From Escherichia phage LF82-41: 64,000 nucleotides of DNA. Positions 1-10,756 of the stretch are shown in pieces. Within the stretch, counting starts at the first letter, position 1; every line of letters begins with the position of its first letter. The stretch is from sequence record PV660463; one strand, 5' to 3'. Below the pieces are notes generated by a model that was given only the letters and a program-made list of their open reading frames with translations, was not told where the DNA came from and did no database searches. Both the position numbers and the translations under genes were made by a program.

Positions 1-172
1 CTGACAGCCCAAATATACGTCTTTGTTGTTCAACATTTTTCACCTTACATCCTTGGAGAAATCCTTCAAGACCTCCGAATTGAATACCATCCATAACGAA
101 AGGCCACTGGGCAAAATTACTTAATGCACATGACGGCCATCTAAAATTGCTTCTAATCTCTAACTCAGACAT
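1..172 (-). CDS. hypothetical protein, 3' end truncated by window edge
   Basis: ATG at 172 overlapping TGA of upstream ORF (ATGTCTGA); frame open down to position 1; 57 codons visible; no family recognised. Confidence 0.4.
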   Translation of the reverse strand, partial: MSELEIRSNFRWPSCALSNFAQWPFVMDGIQFGGLEGFLQGCKVKNVEQQRRIFGLS

Positions 173-380
173 CTTTAACACTTATAATTTCAACATCAGC
201 CCAATGACCATAAGCCGGTAGACGGTCTTTGATAGATAAATTTCCGTCATTTTTAGGTAGTTTAATCGATGTGATATACGGTTCTAAATGGTCTTCTGTA
301 TGCGGAGAAACATCTGTCACACGATAAGTAACTTCAACCATTTCCGTACCAAACAATTTCTGGATTAGTTTATTCAACAT
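165..380 (-). CDS. hypothetical small protein (71 aa)
   Basis: ORF track; stop overlaps downstream start, typical T4-like coupling. Confidence 0.4.
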   Translation of the reverse strand: MLNKLIQKLFGTEMVEVTYRVTDVSPHTEDHLEPYITSIKLPKNDGNLSIKDRLPAYGHWADVEIISVKDV

Positions 381-567
381 GTTTCAACCCTTTAATAGGA
401 GATAACTCTTTACCCATACGTATGTCAGAAGTCCAATCAACCCATTGAACAGCATACGCTTCATTGATAATTCCAGCGGCGGTTTTAAATTCAGGGAGAA
501 CTTTAAAAATCACCCCAGGAATTCCAACACCTTTTAATTGGACTGTTTGTGCTATTAAAAATTTCAT
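370..567 (-). CDS. hypothetical small protein (65 aa)
   Basis: ORF track; early-type promoter immediately upstream (592-622). Confidence 0.35.
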   Translation of the reverse strand: MKFLIAQTVQLKGVGIPGVIFKVLPEFKTAAGIINEAYAVQWVDWTSDIRMGKELSPIKGLKHVE

Positions 568-591
568 ATTTTTCCACTTACTAAAGAAATC

Positions 592-622
592 ATTATACTC
601 TAATCCGTCCTTGGATGTAAAC
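592..622 (-). promoter_or_regulatory. early-type sigma70 promoter (-35 GTTTAC, -10 TATAAT)
   Basis: Reverse complement reads GTTTAC-N18-TATAAT upstream of ORF starting at 567. Confidence 0.5.
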
Positions 623-1236
623 TACTTAATGAAATTAATTTCTACCGGATGAACAACAGGTTGAGCAGTGATATATTGAGTAATTGCTTTCATGACTAGA
701 GCTTCAGAGCCAGGATTTTTCTCAACGAATTCACGTGCTTGGTTATGAGCTTCAAGTTCACTTAGTAAACCACTTCGTTGACATCCACGGTCTTGAGTAC
801 CCTGTTCAGATAAAAAGGCGACGATGTATTTTTCATCGTCATAAGGTTTAGGCAGTTGAGCAAATGTTCCTTTACTTCCAAAAGGAGAGTTATGACGCCA
901 CATCACGCCGTGAGGAGTTTCAACCTTCGTATATTCGTGTGGGCCATTTTTCTTAGTTTCTTGATGTGGAACTTCGTAGACCTTAGGGTTAGGACATTCA
1001 ATAAAATGCTCATCTAAATCAGTCGAGAATATTAAAGTAAAACAATTACTGAATTTACCAACACCTGCCTGATAAATTTTACCTTCAGAAGTTCTAATTT
1101 CACAAACTGAGCCAGCATCAGTAACTTCTAAAACTTCAAAAGGCTCGATAAGGTCATATGAGAACATGTTTTTAAGGCGTGGAGTAATATCCCCATTTTT
1201 AAAATTCATTTTATAAAAAGTATTAACTTTAAACAT
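622..1236 (-). CDS. hypothetical protein (204 aa), gene 30.x region
   Basis: ORF track; compact spacing; no recognisable motif. Confidence 0.5.
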   Translation of the reverse strand: MFKVNTFYKMNFKNGDITPRLKNMFSYDLIEPFEVLEVTDAGSVCEIRTSEGKIYQAGVGKFSNCFTLIFSTDLDEHFIECPNPKVYEVPHQETKKNGPHEYTKVETPHGVMWRHNSPFGSKGTFAQLPKPYDDEKYIVAFLSEQGTQDRGCQRSGLLSELEAHNQAREFVEKNPGSEALVMKAITQYITAQPVVHPVEINFIK

Positions 1237-1249
1237 AATTTCCTCAATA

Positions 1250-1265
1250 GGGAGCCGAAGCTCCC
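1250..1265 (-). terminator. UUCG-tetraloop hairpin at gene boundary
   Basis: GGGAGC-CGAA-GCTCCC. Confidence 0.45.
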
Positions 1266-1272
1266 AATTAAT

Positions 1273-1638
1273 TTAGATATCAAATTCGTTAAGAACTACA
1301 TCAAAGATTGCTTCGAGATGTTCAGGTTTAGCTCGGTTACTCAGGATATGACGAATCCAAGTTTTAACCAGAAGTTTACGATTAACACCATTCCAGCAAG
1401 GATGAGTACCTAAATCACGCTGACGGAAATCATCATCTAATGCAATTTTAAAATTTGAACCTTCCATCGTGATTGAAACCGTGATGCCATTTTCAAATCG
1501 CATATAAACGTAATTAGGAGTCATGCACTGTTCGATTTCACATACTGAACCATTTTTATGTTTCCATAAGCAAATAACTTCAGAAGAACCAGCGATACCG
1601 TTAGAAACATATTTGCGTTCGAAGTTGATGTAGTTCAT
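1273..1638 (-). CDS. hypothetical protein (121 aa)
   Basis: ORF track; shares a CMTP motif with neighbouring 122-aa ORF (possible paralogs). Confidence 0.5.
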   Translation of the reverse strand: MNYINFERKYVSNGIAGSSEVICLWKHKNGSVCEIEQCMTPNYVYMRFENGITVSITMEGSNFKIALDDDFRQRDLGTHPCWNGVNRKLLVKTWIRHILSNRAKPEHLEAIFDVVLNEFDI

Positions 1639-1674
1639 TTTATTCTCCAGATGTTTAAGTTGTTTATTGGTACA

Positions 1675-1708
1675 GGTCTATAATAACATAACCTGTACCA
1701 AAGTAAAC
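1675..1708 (-). promoter_or_regulatory. early-type promoter
   Basis: rc: GTTTAC-N17-TATTAT followed by AGACCT. Confidence 0.5.
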
Positions 1709-1712
1709 TGTT

Positions 1713-2081
1713 TTATGCAACTTTAATCCAATTGTCTAAATTTAAAACACCTTTGGCTTTCATTTTTTCGATCAGGTTATCTGCTGTAATGCGTCCATTT
1801 TGATACCATGTAACATCTTCAGAGTAACCAGTTTCTTCGTCAACATATGTTTCTGAACGAATTTTACCGGTAATAATAGTTTTTAATTCGTACGTGTCAC
1901 CTGTGAAAAAGTTTGCTAACACAATTTTCCAAGAGAAATCATCAGAAGGACCTTCAGGGGTCATACAACCTACGAACTCAAATTGCTCTTTGTATAACAT
2001 CCACTGGAATTCTTTAATTTCGATAGCTTTATAACCGTCGTGGTCTTTACATTTGATGTATGAGTTCAGATTGATTTTCAT
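1713..2081 (-). CDS. hypothetical protein (122 aa)
   Basis: ORF track; early-type promoter at 2118-2151. Confidence 0.5.
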   Translation of the reverse strand: MKINLNSYIKCKDHDGYKAIEIKEFQWMLYKEQFEFVGCMTPEGPSDDFSWKIVLANFFTGDTYELKTIITGKIRSETYVDEETGYSEDVTWYQNGRITADNLIEKMKAKGVLNLDNWIKVA

Positions 2082-2117
2082 TTTATTCTCCGGTTGTTTT
2101 ATTGATTAGGTGGTACA

Positions 2118-2151
2118 AGTCTATAGTAACACATCCTACAGGAGAGTAAAC
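2118..2151 (-). promoter_or_regulatory. early-type promoter
   Basis: rc: GTTTAC-N17-TACTAT; upstream of ORF starting at 2081. Confidence 0.5.
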
Positions 2152-2188
2152 ATCTTTTTTAAACTTTTTCTGCCCTAAACGCACAAAA

Positions 2189-2206
2189 GGGAGACCGAAG
2201 TCTCCC
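2189..2206 (-). terminator. UUCG-tetraloop hairpin / putative intrinsic terminator
   Basis: rc GGGAGAC-UUCG-GUCUCCC followed by UUUUG. Confidence 0.5.
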
Positions 2207-2211
2207 TAAAA

Positions 2212-2391
2212 TTATGCAACAACCTTTCCAAAACGAGAAGCATCATCTCGAAGAACTGCACGTGCTCTGCGCATGATCTTCTCAACTGTTTGATTAATAC
2301 GAGAGTTCGACCCACGCTTGTATCCAGCGCGTTTAGAGGTACCATCAACTTTCTTTTCAACTGCTTTCTTTGCTTTAGCTTGTTTTGCCAT
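2212..2391 (-). CDS. small basic protein (59 aa, MAKQAKAKKAVEKK...)
   Basis: My own translation (below 60-aa cutoff of track); ATG at 2391, TAA at 2212-2214, followed by GGGAGAC-UUCG-GUCUCCC hairpin; competes with track ORF 2175-2360 in another frame. Confidence 0.35.
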   Translation of the reverse strand: MAKQAKAKKAVEKKVDGTSKRAGYKRGSNSRINQTVEKIMRRARAVLRDDASRFGKVVA

Positions 2392-2554
2392 TATAAATTC
2401 TCTTTAAATGAAAATGCAGGACTTATTGACATTGCCTGCGCAAGCCCTCAAGGGGAACATAGGTTTTGGGTATTTAACGACAGGATAACCATAAACCCGT
2501 CATCATACCTACCATGACTTACACAGCTAACCTTTTGCTGACGCATGATAGCAA

Positions 2555-2803
2555 TTATTTCAAAGTAATAACAAAATGACGAACTGCTTTGCGTGCTGCA
2601 GAAGCCAGAGGCTTAGCATATTTCAATTCATCTTTAGCTTCCAGTTCAGCAGCCAGAGTAGCCTGAGCAGGATTCAGATGTTTGAAATAACGCAGAATTT
2701 CCAGTGCTTCGGCTTCAACATCAATTGACGCACCGTAGTTTTCGTGACCGTTATTCCATGCGTTGCGTTGCAGTTCAAGAGCGTGTTGTAATTGTTTAAT
2801 CAT
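2555..2803 (-). CDS. rIII: rIII lysis-inhibition accessory protein
   Basis: 82 aa, same length as T4 rIII; position next to gene 31; sequence recalled as rIII-like. Confidence 0.8.
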   Translation of the reverse strand: MIKQLQHALELQRNAWNNGHENYGASIDVEAEALEILRYFKHLNPAQATLAAELEAKDELKYAKPLASAARKAVRHFVITLK

Positions 2804-2927
2804 TTTAAATTCTCAATTCGAGATAATATTTAGTAGCCACGTTCGTCTGAATTTCACCTTCTTTCGACAAGTCTCTCAGTTGTAGGCTACCGCTTAGAAG
2901 AGTGTTCTCTTCATATAGTTATTTATA

Positions 2928-3260
2928 TCACTTATAAAGACACGGAATAGCTTTATAGTGGCATGTTACGAATTTCTGTTTAATTTCTTTAGGTTGTTTA
3001 AGTCCCAAAGCCACAAATGGATGTGGAACATTTCGAATTTGTCCAACTGGTAGTGGAGTCAAATCACCGACTTCAACAAAACCTTCAGGAACATCAGGAC
3101 CTACAGAATGAACTACACATAGTTCAGGAACTTCACCTTGAACACGTTTACCAATCACAAGTCCTGATTCGGTAACTTCTTCATCACCTGCTTGAGCGGG
3201 TTCAGAAACCAGAATGACATATTCACCAACAGCACGAATTGGGAGTTGTACTTCAGACAT
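2928..3260 (-). CDS. 31: gp31 co-chaperonin (GroES analogue for capsid folding)
   Basis: 110 aa; N-terminus [20 protein letters not shown] matches T4 gp31 as recalled; synteny rIII-31-cd. Confidence 0.9.
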   Translation of the reverse strand: MSEVQLPIRAVGEYVILVSEPAQAGDEEVTESGLVIGKRVQGEVPELCVVHSVGPDVPEGFVEVGDLTPLPVGQIRNVPHPFVALGLKQPKEIKQKFVTCHYKAIPCLYK

Positions 3261-3317
3261 CTTATTTCCTTGTTGTTTGACGATAGATTAATAATACCAT
3301 ACTATTCGTAAAGCATA

Positions 3318-3626
3318 TTACATAAGAAGCAAACGTTCTACCGGAGTACCATCAACCGAAATTACTTTATCAAGGCGGAAAGAACGCCACTGACCTAACT
3401 TGGTATCAAATGCTCGAACTGATTCACGAGGTTCAGAACGAACTTCTGTTGCCGGATTGTTATTTTCATATTTGACTTCAAGTTCATCGCGGGAGGCAAA
3501 CATAGTGCGTACCTCGCCGTTAGCCTTTTCAAATACAACACAATGAACGCCTACAGACAGAATAGTTTTAATACGTTCACGAAGAACCATAGTTTCTTGT
3601 TCAGTTAAAATCATATTATTCACCAC
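3318..3626 (-). CDS. hypothetical protein (102 aa, 31.x-like)
   Basis: ORF track; between 31 and cd. Confidence 0.5.
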   Translation of the reverse strand: MVNNMILTEQETMVLRERIKTILSVGVHCVVFEKANGEVRTMFASRDELEVKYENNNPATEVRSEPRESVRAFDTKLGQWRSFRLDKVISVDGTPVERLLLM

Positions 3627-4197
3627 AAAAGTTTCGGATTTGTTCCCAATTCAGAGAACGAAGATTATTACGAGAGTACTGAATTACTTCAATACCAGCT
3701 TGTTTAAGAATGTCTGCCCAGTTTTCAGGAGATCGGTCATATAATTCTGCATATACAACCTTTTTAATACCTGACTGCGTAATAGCTTTAGTACAATCAG
3801 GACATGGAGAAAGCGTCGTATATAACGTAGCACCTTCAATAGAATTACCTTTACGAGCGGCAAACAAAATTGCATTCAATTCTGCATGGATTTCATTATT
3901 AGCAGACCATGCACTATGAGCAGCTCGATGTTCTTTGGCTAAAACAAAATTATCTACCCGTCCAAATGCTGTAGTGCCTTCTTTATGTCCAGCAACGATG
4001 ACTGGGATTGGTTTATTCTTCAACCAACCATTTTCAGATGCATGTTCGCAACAGTTAACGCCACCTGCAGGTGAACCGTTATATCCAGTAGAAATAATGC
4101 GTCCATCTTTTTCAATGACGGCACCAACTTTCCATGAACAACATTTTGATTCTTGAGAAATCAGATATGCAATCTGAAGGTATGTGCTAGCTTTCAT
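3616..4197 (-). CDS. cd: dCMP deaminase
   Basis: 193 aa; zinc-deaminase motifs HAELNAI and SPCPDCTKAI; synteny. Confidence 0.93.
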   Translation of the reverse strand: MKASTYLQIAYLISQESKCCSWKVGAVIEKDGRIISTGYNGSPAGGVNCCEHASENGWLKNKPIPVIVAGHKEGTTAFGRVDNFVLAKEHRAAHSAWSANNEIHAELNAILFAARKGNSIEGATLYTTLSPCPDCTKAITQSGIKKVVYAELYDRSPENWADILKQAGIEVIQYSRNNLRSLNWEQIRNFCGE

Positions 4198-5189
4198 TAT
4201 TGAACCTTATTAATATAAGTTAACAGCTCTTTAGTTTGTTCCCAACTGATGCACGCATCGGTAACGGAAACGCCATAGGACATATTATCAGAAATTTTTT
4301 GATTTCCTTCATGTAGGAACGATTCTATCATAATTCCTTTGACCAAATCATTAGCTGCTAAATTTTTACCAATACCAATTTGATTGCTATAATGCCCATC
4401 AGCGTTTGCATGGCTACAGTCAACCATTACATAATGATTCAGACCTACTGCCCTTGCTTTGTTAGAAGCTTCTTGAATATCAGAAGAATGATAGTTCGGG
4501 CCGTTGGTCCCGCCACGCAATACGATATGCGTATTCTGATTACCTTCAGCTTCAACAATGCCTACAGTACCATCGACGTCCATACCCATATACCGATGAG
4601 GCCAGGCGGCACTATACATCGCGTCTGTAGCTACTTTAATAGAACCATTGGTTGCGTTCTTGAAGCCTACGCACATCGGTAGACCTGAAGCAATTTCACG
4701 ATGTGTCTGACTTTCAGTCGTACGGGCGCCAATAGCAACCCATGAGAAAATACCAGAAAGATACTTAATCGTGAATGGGTCTAATACTTCAGTTGCTAAT
4801 GGAAGTCCCATACGTAGAAGTTTACGACACAATGTTCGTGCAACTATAAGACCGTGGTTCATATCAAAACTTCCGTCAAGATATGGATCATTTACAAGAC
4901 CTTTCCAACCTACGGTAGTTCGAGGCTTTTCAAAATAAACGCGCATCACTAACAGAACATTAGGAAGACGAGTTTGAAGTTCAGCCAGACGTTTGCCGTA
5001 TTCAACAGCAGCAATAGGGTCATGAATTGAACAAGGACCTACAACAATAAGTTTGCGTGGGTCTTCACCGTTCATAATCGAATTAACTTGTTCGCGATGA
5101 GAAGCCACTTGTGATGCGTAAGCTTCCGACAAAGGAATAATCTCAGCCAGTTCTTTTGGAGAAATAAGTTTTCCGACGACAGGTAACAT
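4197..5189 (-). CDS. 3-deoxy-D-arabino-heptulosonate-7-phosphate (DAHP) synthase, class I (AroG/AroF-like)
   Basis: 330 aa; motifs GPCSIHD, RVYFEKPRTTVGWKGL, GARTTESQ, CSHAN, EGNQ, TDACISW align with E. coli AroG catalytic residues; RBS AAGGA; stop overlaps cd start by 1 nt. Confidence 0.85.
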   Translation of the reverse strand: MLPVVGKLISPKELAEIIPLSEAYASQVASHREQVNSIMNGEDPRKLIVVGPCSIHDPIAAVEYGKRLAELQTRLPNVLLVMRVYFEKPRTTVGWKGLVNDPYLDGSFDMNHGLIVARTLCRKLLRMGLPLATEVLDPFTIKYLSGIFSWVAIGARTTESQTHREIASGLPMCVGFKNATNGSIKVATDAMYSAAWPHRYMGMDVDGTVGIVEAEGNQNTHIVLRGGTNGPNYHSSDIQEASNKARAVGLNHYVMVDCSHANADGHYSNQIGIGKNLAANDLVKGIMIESFLHEGNQKISDNMSYGVSVTDACISWEQTKELLTYINKVQ

Positions 5190-5309
5190 AACAATCCTTA
5201 GGAGATATAAACAGATTCTGATTCAACAATACCTTTAACCGGATTAGACAGGCTAAGTTGGTAGTGCTCAGATTTATGACCATTCTCGATAGTAATGAGA
5301 TAGCTCTCA

Positions 5310-5546
5310 TTATAGTGTTCCATATACTCGAGTTGCTTCAACAAGACCATCACTGCCTAATTTAAGGCTAGTAATCTGGTCACCATCTTTAGGATTAACG
5401 ATTATGAGAAAAGAACGTGGAGATTCTTGAATAACTCGTAATGTTGCATCCTGGAAACGTTCAGACACTTTATTGATGAGTGCTTGAGCAAATTCTTTTA
5501 CTTTAATCTGAAATTCGTGTACTGTAATTGGGGTTTCACTTAGCAT
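5310..5546 (-). CDS. hypothetical protein (78 aa)
   Basis: ORF track. Confidence 0.4.
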   Translation of the reverse strand: MLSETPITVHEFQIKVKEFAQALINKVSERFQDATLRVIQESPRSFLIIVNPKDGDQITSLKLGSDGLVEATRVYGTL

Positions 5547-5607
5547 TTCGATTTCCTCATTGTGTTGGTAGAGTTATAGTATCACAACTCCACCATGTTG
5601 TAAACCA

Positions 5608-5883
5608 TTAAATTGCTTTGCATTCAATTTTTTGTGTACCGAAATTGATATCACATTGGATAACTAAATCGCCGTCAAGATCAAATACCACTATGACGTG
5701 TGCAGACCCAGGGAGAAGAGTAATAGCAATAGAATCTACTTGGTCTGGGAGTAAAGCATTGAGTACATGAGTTAGTTGAGCATGAACTCTGAGTTCGGCT
5801 GCATTATCAAGCACTTCAAACATATTATTAGCAATAATCTGACTGAAGACTACCTTTACAATTTCAGAATAAGTTGGGAACAT
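5608..5883 (-). CDS. hypothetical protein (91 aa)
   Basis: ORF track. Confidence 0.4.
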   Translation of the reverse strand: MFPTYSEIVKVVFSQIIANNMFEVLDNAAELRVHAQLTHVLNALLPDQVDSIAITLLPGSAHVIVVFDLDGDLVIQCDINFGTQKIECKAI

Positions 5884-5890
5884 AATTACC

Positions 5891-6115
5891 TCAGTGCACA
5901 GTATTTACTTTAACTCGAACAACAAATCGCTCGGTTGGTTCACCTACAGGAACAAACTCTACATGATATTCGCCTTTGTATCGAGTATTCAGGTCATTAC
6001 GAATTCCTGCGAGTTTGTTGATTAATGTAGGACTCATATTAAGTCCCACTAGTTTACGAAGCATTTTGTATGCTTCATCTTCGATTTCATGATGTTTATC
6101 GTACATAGTTTTCAT
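5891..6115 (-). CDS. hypothetical protein (74 aa)
   Basis: ORF track. Confidence 0.4.
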   Translation of the reverse strand: MKTMYDKHHEIEDEAYKMLRKLVGLNMSPTLINKLAGIRNDLNTRYKGEYHVEFVPVGEPTERFVVRVKVNTVH

Positions 6116-6286
6116 TTAACCATTCAATTGCCTGGTCGACGTTATCAAATATGCCACCGTCCAAACGTTCTTCATGCTCATAGTTCAGCACATCAATACC
6201 GAACTGTCCATTTACTAAAGGCCAGGCAACAAACAAATATTCTTTATGCCGTTCAATGGCCTCAATCACTTCATATAATCGTTTCA

Positions 6287-6287
<1 letters not shown>
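6096..6287 (-). CDS. hypothetical protein (63 aa)
   Basis: ORF track; abuts pseT. Confidence 0.35.
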
Positions 6288-7373
<1,086 letters not shown>

Positions 7374-7374
<1 letters not shown>

Positions 7375-7673
7375 TATTTTATTCCTAAGAAAATTTCAAG
7401 AATACGAATGTTATGCTCGCGCCGGTCTTTATTAATTTCAGCAACGTTTTTATTAATTGACGTACTTCTAACGTTTGAAGAAATAAATTTAATCATATGA
7501 CTTTTGAGTTGTTGCAAATCCATCCCTTTTTCTTTAGCAGCTTTACGAAGAGCTTTACCTGCTTCATCTAGTGCCTTTGCTGCATCTTTGTCATAATTGC
7601 CAAGTGACATTCCACGACAGATATCAATATACTCATCAGACCGTTTGATGTAATTCTCTAGTAATGTTTTCAT
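7374..7673 (-). CDS. hypothetical protein (99 aa)
   Basis: ORF track. Confidence 0.4.
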
Positions 7674-7730
7674 TTAGATTTCCTCAATTATCCATAGGAG
7701 CATTATAATCTGCTCCTGAGAGTTTGTAAA

Positions 7731-7955
7731 CTATTTTACTAAAGATTCAATATACTCATGAAGAGCTTTAGTCGCTACTGCCCACTTATTCTGATATTCA
7801 TTTTTCAGATTAGCACGAGACTGAACTAACAATCGGTCATTAGTCGGAGGCAAAGATTCTAATCGTTGAATCTGGCGCCCATAAATCATAGCCGCCATTT
7901 CAGATTCATAGATAAGCCCTTTAATGTATTCATGCTGTTCTTTAGTCATTGGCAT
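7731..7955 (-). CDS. hypothetical protein (74 aa)
   Basis: ORF track. Confidence 0.4.
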   Translation of the reverse strand: MPMTKEQHEYIKGLIYESEMAAMIYGRQIQRLESLPPTNDRLLVQSRANLKNEYQNKWAVATKALHEYIESLVK

Positions 7956-8236
7956 TTTTCCTCTTTTAAACCACTACGATAATAACATATCATAGTCTTC
8001 TGGTCATGTACATATCTTTTTACGTCGTTTAACCAGATACGAAATTCTTGAGAGTCTTCAAACGGCATTCCAACCCATGGATTACCATCAATAACCTTTA
8101 CTTGCCATTTCTGGTTATATTCAACAATAGATTCAGGCCATGGTGGATGTAAAGTTTCTTTAGGGCTTAAGGGCACATCCTGGGCACATCCAGCCAAAAT
8201 ACCAATAGATAATACAACTGCGGTTAATTTAATCAT
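7946..8236 (-). CDS. putative lipoprotein (96 aa)
   Basis: N-terminal hydrophobic signal with lipobox-like LAGC. Confidence 0.45.
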   Translation of the reverse strand: MIKLTAVVLSIGILAGCAQDVPLSPKETLHPPWPESIVEYNQKWQVKVIDGNPWVGMPFEDSQEFRIWLNDVKRYVHDQKTMICYYRSGLKEEKCQ

Positions 8237-8589
8237 TCTGAGAGCTTCCTGAGGTCTTCTGCAAAGGAATCGAAGGACCTGTTGATTTGTTTTTCGACCA
8301 ATCCTGGCTTACTTGCCACCACGTTCTTCTTCTTCGAATCCTTACGGAGCTTTTCATTTTCGGCCTTAAGTTGGTCAACTAAAACACGGTTCTTATAAGT
8401 CATTTCTTCGATTGACTGATATTGAACTTTGAAGTCGTCTAATACTTTAGCATTGTTTTTAGCAGCCTCTTTAACAGAAGCTAATTCAGTATTCAACGAA
8501 TCAACTTTGTTGTTTAAGACAACTATTGTTACCGTAGAAACTAGAGCAAAAGCTGCTACTATAACATAAATCGGATTTACTTTAAGCAT
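8233..8589 (-). CDS. membrane-anchored coiled-coil protein (118 aa)
   Basis: N-terminal hydrophobic helix then charged heptad-like sequence. Confidence 0.45.
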   Translation of the reverse strand: MLKVNPIYVIVAAFALVSTVTIVVLNNKVDSLNTELASVKEAAKNNAKVLDDFKVQYQSIEEMTYKNRVLVDQLKAENEKLRKDSKKKNVVASKPGLVEKQINRSFDSFAEDLRKLSE

Positions 8590-9077
8590 GTTTGAATAAT
8601 CTCAATGATTTCGTCTCGGGATAATCCATTGATAAGAACTGTTTTAGGCCCATCAGTTTGGATTTTGTAGGTCTCAAACATTACACACAACTCTTCTGCT
8701 GTATGATATGGACTTGAAATTCCGAGACGGTTGAATTTGTCGGTAAGAGGGTCGCAAATGATGTAGAATTTTATACCTGCGATATGTACATTTGGTTGAC
8801 TAATATTAATGAACACATTAGCGTCATATTTAGTTAAATTGTTTTGAAGAAATTCTACCATAGCATTAACTGCTTCTGGCATCGCTTCGCGTTTCTCTTC
8901 AGCGTATCGGGTTGAATACTCTTTTTGCTTTAACTTCTTTTTAGCATTTTTCGCTAGAGTAGTACGAAGGTCCGTAAGATAACCAACTGGACGGCCTTTC
9001 TTAAAGACCCGGATTCCATCTGTAGAATCACCAAATGCTGCCACAACCATATCGTTAGTAATCAATTGCATATTCAT
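8577..9077 (-). CDS. alc: probable Alc (host transcription shut-off) by synteny
   Basis: Start reassigned to ATG at 9077 (RBS GAGGAGAAAATT) giving about 166 aa, near T4 Alc length; adjacent to rnlA as in T4; sequence identity not verifiable. Confidence 0.55.
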   Translation of the reverse strand: MNMQLITNDMVVAAFGDSTDGIRVFKKGRPVGYLTDLRTTLAKNAKKKLKQKEYSTRYAEEKREAMPEAVNAMVEFLQNNLTKYDANVFINISQPNVHIAGIKFYIICDPLTDKFNRLGISSPYHTAEELCVMFETYKIQTDGPKTVLINGLSRDEIIEIIQTCLK

Positions 9078-9105
9078 AATTTTCTCCTCGTGTTGTTGAT
9101 AAAAC

Positions 9106-9137
9106 CCATAGTAACACCATCCTTGGTGTTTGTAAAC
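9106..9137 (-). promoter_or_regulatory. early-type promoter (upstream of alc-like gene)
   Basis: rc: GTTTAC-N17-TACTAT. Confidence 0.5.
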
Positions 9138-9139
9138 CA

Positions 9140-10273
<1,134 letters not shown>

Positions 10274-10290
10274 TCAGTTAGTTTTTTTAA

Positions 10291-10320
10291 ATTATACCAC
10301 AATCCTTGTGGTGTGTAAAC
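10291..10320 (-). promoter_or_regulatory. early-type promoter upstream of rnlA
   Basis: rc: GTTTAC-N18-TATAAT. Confidence 0.55.
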
Positions 10321-10730
10321 TACTTTTTCTTATGTTGGATATTCCAAGGCGGGTTGAACTTTTTGATAAAAAGCGGTTCTTCAAGGTCCATTGTTGCGAT
10401 GGTCATTGAACCAAGTTCGTTGGTGACTGAAAGGTCAAAACATTGGCGGGCCCAGAATTCAACCTTTTTGCCTTGCATTAAGGCATCCAAAATCATAAGT
10501 GATTTTCTTGAATCTGAAGTCTGGTCTTTTCGATTTATGGCTGTTCGATAATAGTTAATGCGTTTCTTTAAATTCTTGGTTTTACCAATATACACAAGTT
10601 CGTCATCTATAGCAATAGCGTATATGACATTTTTCTTATTAGGGACATCAACTGTTTTAATTGTTGCATCTTCTAATAGCTCCAATTCTGTATATTTAAT
10701 AAAGGAATATTCGGCGGCAATATCTTTCAT
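10320..10730 (-). CDS. denA: endonuclease II (GIY-YIG family)
   Basis: 136 aa as T4 DenA; GIY-YIG motif VIYAIAIDD...YIGKT; synteny rnlA-denA-nrdB. Confidence 0.85.
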   Translation of the reverse strand: MKDIAAEYSFIKYTELELLEDATIKTVDVPNKKNVIYAIAIDDELVYIGKTKNLKKRINYYRTAINRKDQTSDSRKSLMILDALMQGKKVEFWARQCFDLSVTNELGSMTIATMDLEEPLFIKKFNPPWNIQHKKK

Positions 10731-10738
10731 AATAAAGT

Positions 10739-10752
10739 GGGACCGAAGTCCC
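10739..10752 (-). terminator. UUCG-tetraloop hairpin after nrdB
   Basis: GGGAC-CGAA-GTCCC. Confidence 0.45.
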
Positions 10753-10756
10753 GTCC

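Noticed and set aside
464-652. Plus-strand ORFs from the track lying inside or antisense to minus-strand genes (for example 464-652, 3710-3919, 6965-7435, 9678-10202, 17596-18012, 39581-39958)
   Set aside because: They overlap well-supported genes on the opposite strand, have low-complexity composition and no RBS; treated as antisense shadows.
2175-2360. Track ORF (61 aa) overlapping my preferred 59-aa basic ORF 2212-2391 in another frame
   Set aside because: The alternative frame gives a coherent lysine-rich protein with an ATG start and a terminator hairpin directly after the stop; the track ORF lacks an RBS. Both remain unverified.
10320-10730. GIY-YIG protein considered as a homing endonuclease or mobile element
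   Set aside because: Size (136 aa) and position match the host-DNA-degrading endonuclease II (denA); no intron/intein context or DNA-binding extension typical of Seg/Tev homing enzymes.
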